A DNA stretch of 64,000 bases from an uncultured Pseudomonadota bacterium (GTDB taxonomy: Bacteria > Pseudomonadota > Alphaproteobacteria > Rs-D84 > CACZYB01): assembly GCA_902785275.1 (NCBI GenBank), contig CACZYB010000001.1, forward strand, positions 32,001 to 96,000, read 5' to 3'. This document shows, piece after piece, positions 1-10,460 of the stretch. The position numbers were made by a program, and so were the translations under genes. Each line of letters starts with the position of its first letter. Within the stretch, counting starts at the first letter, position 1. Below the pieces are notes generated by a model, which saw only the letters and a list, made by a program, of their open reading frames with translations, was not told the origin of the DNA and made no database searches.

Positions 1-120
1 TCTTTTTCAATAGAAAATTCATAAAAAAAATAAAAATAATACAATTTTTAAATTACATCTTGAAAAGGTCTTAAAAAAAGTGTAGAATTAAAGTAATTGA
101 GGGTTTTAAAGGAGATTTCT

Positions 121-1590
121 ATGAAGATATCATATAAAGCTTTGGTATTGGCATTAATTCCATTTACTTTTTCATCGATTGTTGCTTTTTCTGATGATGG
201 CACATCGGACCAGTTGGTTACTGAAAGAAAGGCTTCATCAAGAACTTCTTCTGCTTCTTCTGTATCAACAGACAGAAGATCATCTTCATCTTCTTCAAAA
301 AGAAAATCTTCAAAACGAAGTGTTTCTTCTACATCAACATCATCTTCATCGAACCAATATTCTCAAGATGATTGCGCAACAAAGTATATGCTTGGATTAG
401 ATAGAGAATGTTATAACACAAACAGAGTTCAAGATGGTGGTGTATATGCAGATTGTAGTGATAAAACTATGGCTGATTTCTATGATATCATGGATATGCA
501 ACTTTCATACATAGTTGGTACAGATAATTTTTCAACATACAAATCAAAATGTGATGCATATAAGGGATACGCTCTTGATAAATGGCTTGCATCAAAGGGT
601 GTTGTGGAAACATCCGCTGTTAAAGGGTCAAGCGAATGTGTTCTTGCCTCCAAAAAGTTGACTGCCGCAAAGAAGTGTTATGCTGTTGCTATTGCACATG
701 ATGGAAACTTCTTTGAATTTGATGAATTGATGATGAAGTCATGTGGTGAAATTCCAGAAGTTGCAAACAAATTCTCCAGTGCCGGAGATTCTGGACTTTC
801 AAATATTCCTCAAACACTTGAAAACTATTCAACTCTTCAATTTACAAATAAATCAGAAAATTGGAGAGGCGCTGTTGAAGCGGTACTTGCAGGATATCTT
901 TATGATGCAAGACAGGCTTGCGGTGAAGAAAATTATGAACTTTTGGAACTTAACCAATTTACCGAAGATAAACGTGGAAACATTTTATCTCAGGCTAAAG
1001 AAAGTTTTGTTACTGGTATTGCATCAAATCTTGGTCGTCGTGCCGGCAATTTTGTAAAAACTGGTTCTGCAACAGTTGCTGTTTCAAAGAATGGTGTTGC
1101 TTTGGTTCCTGCTAAATCATTAAAGTTCTATAAACAAATGGATGCAACAAATCCAAACACAATATCAAAGAACATCAGTAATTTGGTAAGAATGCAAAAG
1201 TATGGTGACACAACACCACAAATAAAAGATGTAAACAATATTTCAAATGTTTATGTAATTGAAGATGTTTCAAGCATAAATAAGGCCAGAGCAAGACTTC
1301 TTAACATAATTGCAACTGGAGATATTGGTTCATCAGAAAATCACGATGATATCGATTATGCAGTTATTTCCGGTCTTGGCGGTCGTGCAAATAATTTGGA
1401 TACCGGGGTTTATGAAGTTATAAGCAATATTGAAGAAGGTGATACTTTTGTTATAAAAGATACTTCTGATAATTGCCAGATTTTAACACTTGATTCCGAT
1501 GGTAATTTTGAAAAACTTTCACGCCGTGAAATTCAAAGAAATAAATCGTTAATAACTTACACATCTGGCTGTAAAAAGGTTACTGAATAA
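121..1590 (+). CDS. Exported Cys-patterned protein, paralog family member 1
   Basis: ATG at 121 follows a GGAG RBS. Signal peptide, then an S/R/K-rich patch. Shares the C-x12-C[YF], CG, G-x-x-G and ACG blocks with the ORFs at 38753, 45026 and 46045. Confidence 0.8.
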   Translation: MKISYKALVLALIPFTFSSIVAFSDDGTSDQLVTERKASSRTSSASSVSTDRRSSSSSSKRKSSKRSVSSTSTSSSSNQYSQDDCATKYMLGLDRECYNTNRVQDGGVYADCSDKTMADFYDIMDMQLSYIVGTDNFSTYKSKCDAYKGYALDKWLASKGVVETSAVKGSSECVLASKKLTAAKKCYAVAIAHDGNFFEFDELMMKSCGEIPEVANKFSSAGDSGLSNIPQTLENYSTLQFTNKSENWRGAVEAVLAGYLYDARQACGEENYELLELNQFTEDKRGNILSQAKESFVTGIASNLGRRAGNFVKTGSATVAVSKNGVALVPAKSLKFYKQMDATNPNTISKNISNLVRMQKYGDTTPQIKDVNNISNVYVIEDVSSINKARARLLNIIATGDIGSSENHDDIDYAVISGLGGRANNLDTGVYEVISNIEEGDTFVIKDTSDNCQILTLDSDGNFEKLSRREIQRNKSLITYTSGCKKVTE

Positions 1591-2679
1591 TGGTTGATTT
1601 TGAAAAAATTGAAAATCTACTTTCTGAAATAAGGGGGTGTCTTTGACATCTCCTCTTTATCAGCAGAACTTGAAACTTTAAATCAAAAAGCATCTAATTC
1701 AAATTTGTGGGATGACCCTGAAAATGCACAAAGGGTTATGTCACAAAAAGCAGAAGTAGAACGAAAAATAAATCTTTATGAAAACAGAAAATCAGAGTTT
1801 TCAAACCTTAAGGAATTATTGGAACTTGCAAAAGAAGAAGGCGATGCAGATTTAGTTTCCGATACCGAAAATCAGATTGAAAAATTTGTTACAGATTTGG
1901 AAAAAGAAAAGCTTAACCTTATGCTTAATAATGAAGCAGACAATCTTCCTTCATATCTTGAAATTCACAGCGGCGCTGGTGGAACAGAGGCGTGCGATTG
2001 GGCACAAATGCTTCTTCGTATGTATATTCGTTGGGGTGAACGCCATGGATATAAGGTTGATTTGATTGAAGAACATGCCGGTGATGAAGCAGGCATAAAA
2101 TCTGCGACTTTAAGGATTACCGGTATAAATGTTTATGGCTGGCTTAAAGGTGAAAGTGGTATCCACCGATTGGTTCGAATTTCCCCATTTGATAGTAATG
2201 CACGCAGACATACAAGCTTTGCTTCTGTTTGGGTATATCCTGTTGTTGATGATAAAATCGAAATTCATATTGATGAAAAAGATTTAAGGATTGATACTTA
2301 TCGTTCAAGTGGTGCTGGTGGTCAACACGTTAATAAAACTGACAGTGCGGTTCGTATTACACACATTCCTACAGGCATTGTTGTTCAATGTCAAAACGAA
2401 AGATCTCAGTTCAAAAACAAAGATATGGCGATGAGTATGCTTCGTTCCAGACTTTATAACCTTGAACTTGAAAAACGAGCCGAAGAAGAAGCAAAAATCA
2501 ATGCATCAAAATCTGAAATTGGATGGGGTGCACAAATTCGTTCATACGTCCTTCAACCATACCAAATGATAAAAGATTTGCGCACAAATTATGAAACATC
2601 AAATATCACCGCAACATTAGATGGCGATATTGATGAATTTTTATCTGCAACATTGCTTTACAATAATATGAAAAAGTAA
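1590..2679 (+). CDS. prfB: Peptide chain release factor 2, translated via a +1 programmed frameshift
   Basis: ATG 1590 reads to CTT-TGA at 1641-1646, preceded by AGGGGG (1632-1637). The +1 frame continues into an ORF with SPF and GGQ motifs. Confidence 0.97.
1632..1647 (+). promoter_or_regulatory. RF2 autoregulatory frameshift site (internal SD plus CTT TGA C)
   Basis: AGGGGG TGT CTT TGA C matches the canonical prfB signal. Confidence 0.95.
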
Positions 2680-2690
2680 TTTCCTAGATA

Positions 2691-3107
2691 TTAATATTTT
2701 ATCTTAACTGTCGCAACAGCCTTATATCCAAAATAAGTATTTACTCTATCAATGACTGTTGGAAATTGATACTGAATTATCGATGAAAAAGATGCATTTT
2801 TTATTTTAACATAAAGTGTACCATTTTGCCTTTGCCCCATTGGAAACGAAAGCTTTACCGGCAAAATCTTGCTGGCCAAATCAGGACCAGCAATCTTTTC
2901 CCAATCAGTTAAAATATCAGAATTGATAAAACCATATTTCTTACCGAACCCCTTTATCACATTCATAAGTGAGTTGCCAATTTCATTTGGCCCGTACGGA
3001 AAACGCACAGATTTAGGAGCAATTGGCTTTTCCAAAAAATCTTCTGACATTTCATCAATGCCAAAATTTTGTTTCGCCAAAAGTTCTTTATCACTATTTC
3101 TTTGCAT
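2691..3107 (-). CDS. DUF721/DciA-family protein
   Basis: WEKIAG...GTLYV...IDRVNTYFGY pattern typical of DUF721. Confidence 0.75.
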   Translation of the reverse strand: MQRNSDKELLAKQNFGIDEMSEDFLEKPIAPKSVRFPYGPNEIGNSLMNVIKGFGKKYGFINSDILTDWEKIAGPDLASKILPVKLSFPMGQRQNGTLYVKIKNASFSSIIQYQFPTVIDRVNTYFGYKAVATVKIKY

Positions 3108-4779
3108 TATATTTTTCGTTTAGTTCAGTAACTTTTTCAGGTGTTATTTTTGTAAATACACTTGCAGGAACTTCGAAATTGTGTCCTTTTACAATAGTAT
3201 TCATTTCTGCTTCTACATCATTTATCCAATCGCCAGAAGTATTAAGTGATGATAAAATCTTTTCCACAGTTTCCGGAATAACAGGTCTTGCAAGGATAAG
3301 GAAAATTCTCATTAAATTCATTGCAAATGCCAAAATTTCACCTGATTTTTCTGTATCAGTTTTAAATACTGTCCATGGTGCCATTTCATCAATATAGGTA
3401 TTTCCCAAAACCCAAATTGCACGAAGTTCAGCCATTGCCTTTCTAAACTCCATTTCAGAAAGATATTTTGTGTATGAGGAAATCTTTGAAGAAAGTTCTG
3501 CTTTCAAAGCTTGTTCCTTTTCACCATTTGCAGGATTATGCTGTAAAGTTGTTCCAATTTTTGAAGAATAGAATTTCAAAACACGAAGAACAAAATTACC
3601 CAAAACATCATTCAAATCTTTGTTAATTTCTTCGGCAAATCTTTCAAATGTAAAATCGGTATCATCAGTTTCCGGAGCATTTTTGATAAGCCAATATCTC
3701 CAGTAATCTGCTGGGAATTCGGCGATTGCACTGTCTGCAAAAATACCACGATTTGCGGATTTAGAAAACTTTCCTCCGTTGAAATTAAGGTAACTTAATC
3801 CCTTTAAAATATCCACTTTTTTATAGTCTGAATTTGCACCAATAAGTGTTGCAGGAAACATAATAGAGTGGAATGGTACATTATCCTTTCCCATAAACTC
3901 AACATATTTTTCATCCTTTGCACCGCATGATTCAAGCCACCAATTTTTATATCCATCACCAAGAAGTTCTTTTGTAATTGAGATATAACCAATCGGTGCA
4001 TCAAACCAAACATAAAAAACTTTATCCTTCATATCAGGAAATGTATCCAAAGGTACAGGAATACCCCACTTTAAATCACGAGTAATACATCTATCACTTA
4101 AACCTTCATCAAGCCATTTATTCGCAATTCCAACAGTAAGCTTGTTCCAATTTCTTGTATTAACCCACTCACGAACTTTATCACTTAATTTTGAAAGTTT
4201 AAGGTAAAGGTGTTTTGTCTTTCTTACTTCAAGATTTGTACTTCCACTTACAGCAGAATGTGCATCAATCAAATCCTTTGGATCCAAAACTTTGGTACAG
4301 CTTTCACATTGGTCGCCACGTGCATTTGTCGCACCACAATATGGGCAAGTACCAACAATATATCTATCTGGCAAGAACATATCATCATCAATAGAAAATA
4401 CTTGTTCAACTTCTCGTTCTTCGATATATCCATTTTGTGCAAGTTCACGTGCAATCTGTTGTGAAAGTTCTGTATTTTCGTTTGAAGAAGTTCTTCCAAA
4501 ATAATCGAATGAAAGATTAAATTTTTTGTAAATATCTTTGTGAAGATTATGATATTTTGTTGTATACTCCAAAACATCGATACCTTCCTTTTTAGCACCA
4601 AGTTCGGATGGAGTACCGTGTTCATCGGTTCCTCCAATATACAATGTTTCGTTACCAATTAAACGATTGAAACGTGCATAAACATCACTTGGAAGAAGAC
4701 ATCCAGCCAAATGTCCCAAATGTGGAAGTCCATTAACATAAGGAAGTGCACAAGTAATAAGAATTTTCTCTTTTTTCAT
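3094..4779 (-). CDS. metG: Methionine--tRNA ligase
   Basis: ALPYVNGLPHLGH (HIGH), CPYC/CESC zinc knuckle, YVWFDA, KFSKS. Confidence 0.97.
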   Translation of the reverse strand: MKKEKILITCALPYVNGLPHLGHLAGCLLPSDVYARFNRLIGNETLYIGGTDEHGTPSELGAKKEGIDVLEYTTKYHNLHKDIYKKFNLSFDYFGRTSSNENTELSQQIARELAQNGYIEEREVEQVFSIDDDMFLPDRYIVGTCPYCGATNARGDQCESCTKVLDPKDLIDAHSAVSGSTNLEVRKTKHLYLKLSKLSDKVREWVNTRNWNKLTVGIANKWLDEGLSDRCITRDLKWGIPVPLDTFPDMKDKVFYVWFDAPIGYISITKELLGDGYKNWWLESCGAKDEKYVEFMGKDNVPFHSIMFPATLIGANSDYKKVDILKGLSYLNFNGGKFSKSANRGIFADSAIAEFPADYWRYWLIKNAPETDDTDFTFERFAEEINKDLNDVLGNFVLRVLKFYSSKIGTTLQHNPANGEKEQALKAELSSKISSYTKYLSEMEFRKAMAELRAIWVLGNTYIDEMAPWTVFKTDTEKSGEILAFAMNLMRIFLILARPVIPETVEKILSSLNTSGDWINDVEAEMNTIVKGHNFEVPASVFTKITPEKVTELNEKYNAKK

Positions 4780-4850
4780 TTTTAATCCTGTTGTAAAATT
4801 ATTATTAAGGGTATTTTATAAAATTTGAAGAAATAATGCAAGAAAGATTT

Positions 4851-4877
4851 AAAAAAGCCTCTAAAAAAGAGGCTTTT
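4851..4877. terminator. Intrinsic terminator hairpin
   Basis: AAAAGCCTCT-loop-AGAGGCTTTT downstream of the Bor-like gene. Confidence 0.7.
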
Positions 4878-4883
4878 ATTTAA

Positions 4884-5177
4884 CTATTTATTTTTACACC
4901 AAACTTTATATGTTTTAGGCGACCATATACCATAAGTAAATAAACTTAAAATTCCATCTGTAAAACTATAACTTGTTTCAATAGTTTCAACATCTGCAAC
5001 CGAACCACAAATTTCTTTTACATTAATATTATCTGTTTGACCAATACCAGCAACAAAAAAATTACTCTTTGTTTCATAAGGATATGTAACAGGTTGTTTA
5101 TCAGAAAAATTAAATCTTTGATGAGAACAGGCTGTTAAAGATAATAGTGATAAAAAAACGAATAAGTATCTTTTCAT
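4884..5177 (-). CDS. Bor/Iss-family lipoprotein
   Basis: Lipobox LTAC; FFVAGIGQ, ICG and TYGIWSP...VWC match the lambda Bor pattern. Confidence 0.85.
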   Translation of the reverse strand: MKRYLFVFLSLLSLTACSHQRFNFSDKQPVTYPYETKSNFFVAGIGQTDNINVKEICGSVADVETIETSYSFTDGILSLFTYGIWSPKTYKVWCKNK

Positions 5178-5242
5178 AATAAACCTCCACTTTGAATTAA
5201 TACCTATTTTATTATAACATTCTAATTTCCCATTTCAAGGAT

Positions 5243-6376
5243 TTATTTAATTATCTCTCTAATAACCGCATCCAAAACGCTTTTTCCCTTAACACTTGTC
5301 CTTATTGACAAGTTATTTAAAATCAAAAACTTTTTATCAACCATATTGTTTAATTTTTTACTATCAACTATATCGAAAAAGTTAATTGAGGAGTTTTGTT
5401 TAAATTCTGTAAAATTAATTCCTTTATTTTTTCTTAAACCCATTATAAGCATCTCTTCAGCACGCTTTTTTGCAGACAAAGTTTTTATTGAAAGGATGTT
5501 ATTTTCAATATTATTTTTCCATTCAGAAACGGTTTTGGGATTTTCAGAAATAAAATGTTTTTTGCCGTCAAAAATTCTACCCGAAGCACTTACCCCAATG
5601 CCAATATAATCGCCACCATTCCAATAATTTAGGTTATGTCTACTTTCAAAGTCTTTCTTTGCATAGTTTGAAATTTCATATTGTGGAAATTTCGGCTTCA
5701 AAATTTTATTTGTATATTCATACATTTTTTTTGAAAGACTTTCCGAAATAGGTGTTATTTTTCCACTTTTTAGAAAAGAATAAAACGGTGTTTTGGGTTC
5801 AAAAATAAGTTGGTAAAGCGATAAATGTTCAACATCAAGTAATAAAATTTTTTCCAAACTTTGTTGCCATTTTTCCATAGTTTGATTTGGCAAAGCATAA
5901 ATAAAATCACAACTGATATTTTTAAAATATTTTCTTGCCAATTCCAATGTATGAACAGCATCATTTGAGTTATGTACTCGTCCCAAAAATTTTAATTCAT
6001 CATCATCAAATGATTGAATTCCAAGGGAAAGCCTATTTATTCCGGATAATTGAAAATCACAAAGTTTTTTTTCATCCACTGTTTTTGGATTAACTTCTAA
6101 TGTAATTTCACAATCTTTTTCAATATGATATAAGGTATAAATTTTTTCCAAAATTTTTTCAACCATATCAACACTCATCAATGATGGCGTACCACCACCA
6201 AAATAAATTGATGAAATATTTTTTAATCCAAATTTTTGGTAATAAAGATCTAATTCTTTAAAATAGATCTGCGTTAAATCAGGCACACCTTTTCCACAAG
6301 GAAAACTTACAAAATCACAATAGTTGCATTTTTTAAGACAATAAGGAAAATGGATATAAATACTATTTTTCTTCAT
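5243..6376 (-). CDS. hemW: Radical SAM heme chaperone HemW
   Basis: YIHFPYCLKKCNYCDF, GGGTPS, YEISNYA. The likely start is ATG 6376 rather than the longer ORF start at 6454. Confidence 0.9.
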   Translation of the reverse strand: MKKNSIYIHFPYCLKKCNYCDFVSFPCGKGVPDLTQIYFKELDLYYQKFGLKNISSIYFGGGTPSLMSVDMVEKILEKIYTLYHIEKDCEITLEVNPKTVDEKKLCDFQLSGINRLSLGIQSFDDDELKFLGRVHNSNDAVHTLELARKYFKNISCDFIYALPNQTMEKWQQSLEKILLLDVEHLSLYQLIFEPKTPFYSFLKSGKITPISESLSKKMYEYTNKILKPKFPQYEISNYAKKDFESRHNLNYWNGGDYIGIGVSASGRIFDGKKHFISENPKTVSEWKNNIENNILSIKTLSAKKRAEEMLIMGLRKNKGINFTEFKQNSSINFFDIVDSKKLNNMVDKKFLILNNLSIRTSVKGKSVLDAVIREIIK

Positions 6377-7154
6377 TACTTTTGTTTGAAAAAGGAACTT
6401 CTGGAGCATCAAATTTTTTATCGACATCAATAGAAAAAGTATTTTCATCAACAACGATATTTTCTTCTTTTTTTGCTTCTACTGCCAAAGGAGCATCTTC
6501 AACTTTTGCTTCTATCTTGCTTGCCTTTGTTTTAAGAGGTTTTGCCGCAGCCTTTTTTTCAGCATCCTTTAAAAGATTTGTTACAAAATCCATAAATTTT
6601 GAAACAGCAGCACCTCTATGACTGATGGAATTTTTTTCATCATCTGTCATTTCAGCAAATGTTTTACCATAAGAATTTGGTACAAAAATTGAATCATAAC
6701 CAAAGCCATTTTCACCACGTGGTGGAAAAATAGTAAAACCATAACATACACCTTCAAATTGTACAGTTTTTTCACCCTTTCTTGCAAAGGCAATATTACA
6801 AACAAACTTTGCTTCACTGCATTTTCCATTAAGACGATTTTTTATATCTTCGAATGCATTTTCGTATCCACCAACTTCTTCGGCAAATCTTGCAGAACGA
6901 ATTCCAGGGAAAGAAGCCAATTCTTTAATGCAAAAACCACTGTCATCCGCAAATGTTGGAAGTCCAGTTTTTTCACAAATAGCTTCTGCTTTAAGCTTTG
7001 AATTTTCGGCAAAAGTTTTACCTGTCTCTTCAACTTCAAATTGACCTTTTATAACATCCTTATATGAAACAACCTTTACACCCAAAGGTTTTAACATTGT
7101 TTGGAATTCACGAATTTTATTTTCATTATTAGAAGCTATAATAAATTTTTGCAT
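6363..7154 (-). CDS. rdgB: dITP/XTP pyrophosphatase with a C-terminal low-complexity extension
   Basis: ADDSG, FGYD and SHRG motifs; adjacent to hemW. Confidence 0.93.
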   Translation of the reverse strand: MQKFIIASNNENKIREFQTMLKPLGVKVVSYKDVIKGQFEVEETGKTFAENSKLKAEAICEKTGLPTFADDSGFCIKELASFPGIRSARFAEEVGGYENAFEDIKNRLNGKCSEAKFVCNIAFARKGEKTVQFEGVCYGFTIFPPRGENGFGYDSIFVPNSYGKTFAEMTDDEKNSISHRGAAVSKFMDFVTNLLKDAEKKAAAKPLKTKASKIEAKVEDAPLAVEAKKEENIVVDENTFSIDVDKKFDAPEVPFSNKSNEEK

Positions 7155-7159
7155 AGTAA

Positions 7160-8632
7160 TTAACCTTCTGTTTTTCCATCATAAAAATTATCAAATTTAA
7201 AGTATTCACCAACAAAGGCAACCTTCACATCACCGGTTGGTCCGTGACGTTGCTTTGCAATTAAAATTTCAGCCATATTTTCGATTTGTTCAGCACGTTT
7301 TTGCCAAGCAATATATTCCTGACTTGTAACATCTGCATCAACAGGACGTTTCTTATTATGATAATAAGACTCACGATACACAAACATAACACAGTCGGCA
7401 TCCTGTTCAATAGAACCAGATTCACGAAGATCGGCAAGTTGTGGTCGTTTATCATCACGTTGTTCAACAAGTCGAGAAAGCTGTGATAATGCGATAACAG
7501 GCACATCCAATTCTTTCGCTAAAATCTTAAGACCACGGGTGATTTCAGAAATTTCCTGAACACGATTATCAGACTTTCTTCCACCCGGAGAATTCAAAAG
7601 CTGAACGTAATCGATAACAATTAATGAAAGTCCACCATATTGACGTTTTATACGTCTTGCTCTAGTCCTTATTGCTGGAACAGTAATATCAGGTGTATCA
7701 TCAATAAACAAAGGTAAATCCTTTAACGCACGTTGATGTTCAACAAGTCGATTGAATTCATCTTCGTTTATGGAACCGTTACGAATTTTATTACCATTAA
7801 CTTCTGCAGAAAAAGAAAGTATACGAGAAGCCAACTGATCCGCCGACATTTCAAGTGAGAAGAAAATTACTGGACCTTGAAGCTTTTCTGGACCACGATG
7901 ATTTAAAACTTCGTTTGCAACATTAAACGCAACATTAAGAGCGAATGCAGTCTTTCCCATACCAGGACGTCCCGCAATAATAAGCAAGTCTGATGGGTGA
8001 AGACCACCAATTTGTTTATCCAAAGTGTTAATCCCTGTTGAAATACCAGAAATAGAACCATCAGCCCTATATGCTTCCTCAATAGTTTGCATAGAATCAC
8101 GCAAAGTCATTTCCAATGATGCAGGACCATTTTCAACGTCACCAACAGTTGCAAGATTATAAAGTTGAGATTCCGCACGTTCAATTTGATCAGTAGCAGG
8201 AACATCTTCACCATTTGAACCACCGAAAGCATTATTCACAATGCCGGTACCAATCTCAATCAAATTTCTTTTTACGGCACATTCATAAACAAGTCTGCCA
8301 TAATCATATGCATTTACATAAGGTACAGCAGAACTTGCAAGCTGACTTAAATACTCAACACCACCAGCCATATCAAGAGTACCGTTGTTTTCCAAATAAT
8401 TTTTAAGAGTAATAATATCAGCCAAATGCCCCTTTTCAATAAGGCGTAAGCATGCTTCATAAATCTTTTGATGCATAACTTCAACGAAATGTTCAGGTCT
8501 TAAAAACTCAGAAACCTTTTCCAAAGCCTTATTATTTGTAATAATAGCAGATAGTACAGCCTGTTCTGCTTCAACACTTGCAGGAGGTTTACGAAGAAAA
8601 TCTCCACTAATATTTTTTGCTGCTCTTTCCAA
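7160..8632 (-). CDS. dnaB: Replicative DNA helicase
   Basis: AEQAVL, GRPGMGKT, DYVQL, LRESGSIEQDAD. TTG start with a GGAG RBS. Confidence 0.97.
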   Translation of the reverse strand: MERAAKNISGDFLRKPPASVEAEQAVLSAIITNNKALEKVSEFLRPEHFVEVMHQKIYEACLRLIEKGHLADIITLKNYLENNGTLDMAGGVEYLSQLASSAVPYVNAYDYGRLVYECAVKRNLIEIGTGIVNNAFGGSNGEDVPATDQIERAESQLYNLATVGDVENGPASLEMTLRDSMQTIEEAYRADGSISGISTGINTLDKQIGGLHPSDLLIIAGRPGMGKTAFALNVAFNVANEVLNHRGPEKLQGPVIFFSLEMSADQLASRILSFSAEVNGNKIRNGSINEDEFNRLVEHQRALKDLPLFIDDTPDITVPAIRTRARRIKRQYGGLSLIVIDYVQLLNSPGGRKSDNRVQEISEITRGLKILAKELDVPVIALSQLSRLVEQRDDKRPQLADLRESGSIEQDADCVMFVYRESYYHNKKRPVDADVTSQEYIAWQKRAEQIENMAEILIAKQRHGPTGDVKVAFVGEYFKFDNFYDGKTEG

Positions 8633-8728
8633 TTAAAAAACTCCAAAATTTTTCATTTATGTGTAAATATTACTCTAAGCTATATAAAAAAGCAAGAAAC
8701 AATTCCAGCTTAAATTCTTTAATATTTT

Positions 8729-9313
8729 TTACATCATTTTTACTAAATAAACAGCTATAAAAAGAAGTACAAAAGCTATTATGGTTAAAATTTCAAGATT
8801 TTTTTCAATAAAAGCTCTTGACTTTTCGCCATATTTTCTAAGTAAAAATGCAATAAAATAGTACCTTAATGCCCTTGAAACAGCAGATGCAATAATAAAT
8901 ACAGGTATATTCATCCCAACAACACCACTTGCGATACAGATAACCTTATATGGAAAAGGTGTAAGTCCGCCGGCAAAAACAATCCAATATCCCCATTTTG
9001 TGTAAAGACCTTTGAATTGTTCAAACATGTCCTCATAATGTAAAAGTTGAATAATCTTTATTCCAATGGTATCAAACAAAAACGCACCAACATAATATCC
9101 AGCAAGTCCACCTAAAACACTTGCACAAAGGGCAAAGGTTGAAATACCCCATGCCTTCTTTGGTCTAGCCAAAATCATAGGAATCATAATAATTTCTGTT
9201 GGAAATGGGAAAAAGATACTTCCCAAAAATGAAACCAAAAAAAGAACAGCTAAAGCATACTTTGTTTCACTTAAATTTAGGACATAATCATAAGTTTTTC
9301 TAAGAATTTTCAA
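8729..9313 (-). CDS. DedA/YqaA-family membrane protein
   Basis: FFPFPTE, GGLAGY, TPFPYKV, SRALRY motifs. Confidence 0.88.
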   Translation of the reverse strand: MKILRKTYDYVLNLSETKYALAVLFLVSFLGSIFFPFPTEIIMIPMILARPKKAWGISTFALCASVLGGLAGYYVGAFLFDTIGIKIIQLLHYEDMFEQFKGLYTKWGYWIVFAGGLTPFPYKVICIASGVVGMNIPVFIIASAVSRALRYYFIAFLLRKYGEKSRAFIEKNLEILTIIAFVLLFIAVYLVKMM

Positions 9314-9438
9314 TTAATCCTCCGTTTTTTATATAGGCAAATATTACTATAAAAAAACACTAAGTCAATTAAAAAACTCTTGCATATAAAAAAGCTATCT
9401 TGTAATCTTATATTGTACATTTACTTTAGGAGGTAAAA

Positions 9439-9621
9439 TTGAGAAAAATTTTTGCATTATCTTTACTTATTATAGTTTCAGGTTGTGGGGGGACAATGTA
9501 TGAGCCAGATCCTGTTGGTGTTGGCTATGATGCAAACGAATTGAAAATGTCACCTTGTGCTTGTATACAGGTTGAAACAAAGCCGGGGTTGCCTGAATGG
9601 TTTATAGAAACAACAATTTAA
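9439..9621 (+). CDS. Small lipoprotein (VirB7-like candidate)
   Basis: AGGAGG RBS, TTG start, lipobox VSGC, SPCAC motif; first gene ahead of two VirB8-like ORFs. Confidence 0.65.
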   Translation: MRKIFALSLLIIVSGCGGTMYEPDPVGVGYDANELKMSPCACIQVETKPGLPEWFIETTI

Positions 9622-10460
9622 AAGATAATACCAAAGTAAACGAAGGCGAAATTCCTGTATACCCATTCTTTGTTGATGTTCCTTCTTTTCCAGAAAGAAA
9701 ATATCTTGTAGGGGTATATAGATTCGCAAGGATGTCTTATATTGCTCTTTTTGTTGCAATACTATTATGCTTATTTATCGTTTTTCGTGCTTTTTCCCGT
9801 AAGATTTCTCCTCGTTTTGTAAAGTGGAATAATGTTGAAAATCAATATGAGTATGTTCCATTTTCCTATTCTTTGAAACCAAAATTCGCACTAAAGGAAA
9901 TTTCTTACTCTGAATACCTAAACCAATATTTTATAAGAAATTATATTGAAAAAAGATTTTCTGTTTTTGATACTGTTCAAAACTATAATAATTGGTGTGA
10001 TTGTAAGGAAAAAACAAAATCAAAAATGGGAGTGTTTAATGTTAACGAAGAATGCTATCTTTGCAAATATTCTTCTTCATCTGTGTATAAATTTTTTGTT
10101 GATAATGTGCAAAATGCTTACACCACTATGTCCGAAGATGGAATTTCAAGGAGTGTTAATTTATTAAATATAGAATTCAAAAGTGGTAGTGAAACAAATC
10201 CAGAGCTTTCTGTAATAGAGTGGATTTTGAATAAAACAAAACCAATAATAATTCGCCAAACATACCGTATTGATTTTGTTGTAAATGAATATAAAAACAA
10301 TACTATTAAATCAAGGGATGTTTTGATTGGATATATAACTATCAGTGGTCCAAAAACTTCTCCACAAAAACGAAGTGTTATTTCTGAAAGCTTTATGTTC
10401 AACCCTAATGCAGATTTATTATTAAAAGAATATTCGGAGGAAATAAATGCAATCAAATAA
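9597..10460 (+). CDS. VirB8-like bitopic membrane protein
   Basis: Single N-terminal TM helix, then FIRNYIEKR (VirB8 Y[VI]xxR-type motif). Confidence 0.55.
   Translation: MVYRNNNLKDNTKVNEGEIPVYPFFVDVPSFPERKYLVGVYRFARMSYIALFVAILLCLFIVFRAFSRKISPRFVKWNNVENQYEYVPFSYSLKPKFALKEISYSEYLNQYFIRNYIEKRFSVFDTVQNYNNWCDCKEKTKSKMGVFNVNEECYLCKYSSSSVYKFFVDNVQNAYTTMSEDGISRSVNLLNIEFKSGSETNPELSVIEWILNKTKPIIIRQTYRIDFVVNEYKNNTIKSRDVLIGYITISGPKTSPQKRSVISESFMFNPNADLLLKEYSEEINAIK

Noticed and set aside
6377-6454. N-terminal extension of HemW in the ORF track
   Set aside because: It lies inside rdgB; the family N-terminus begins at ATG 6376.
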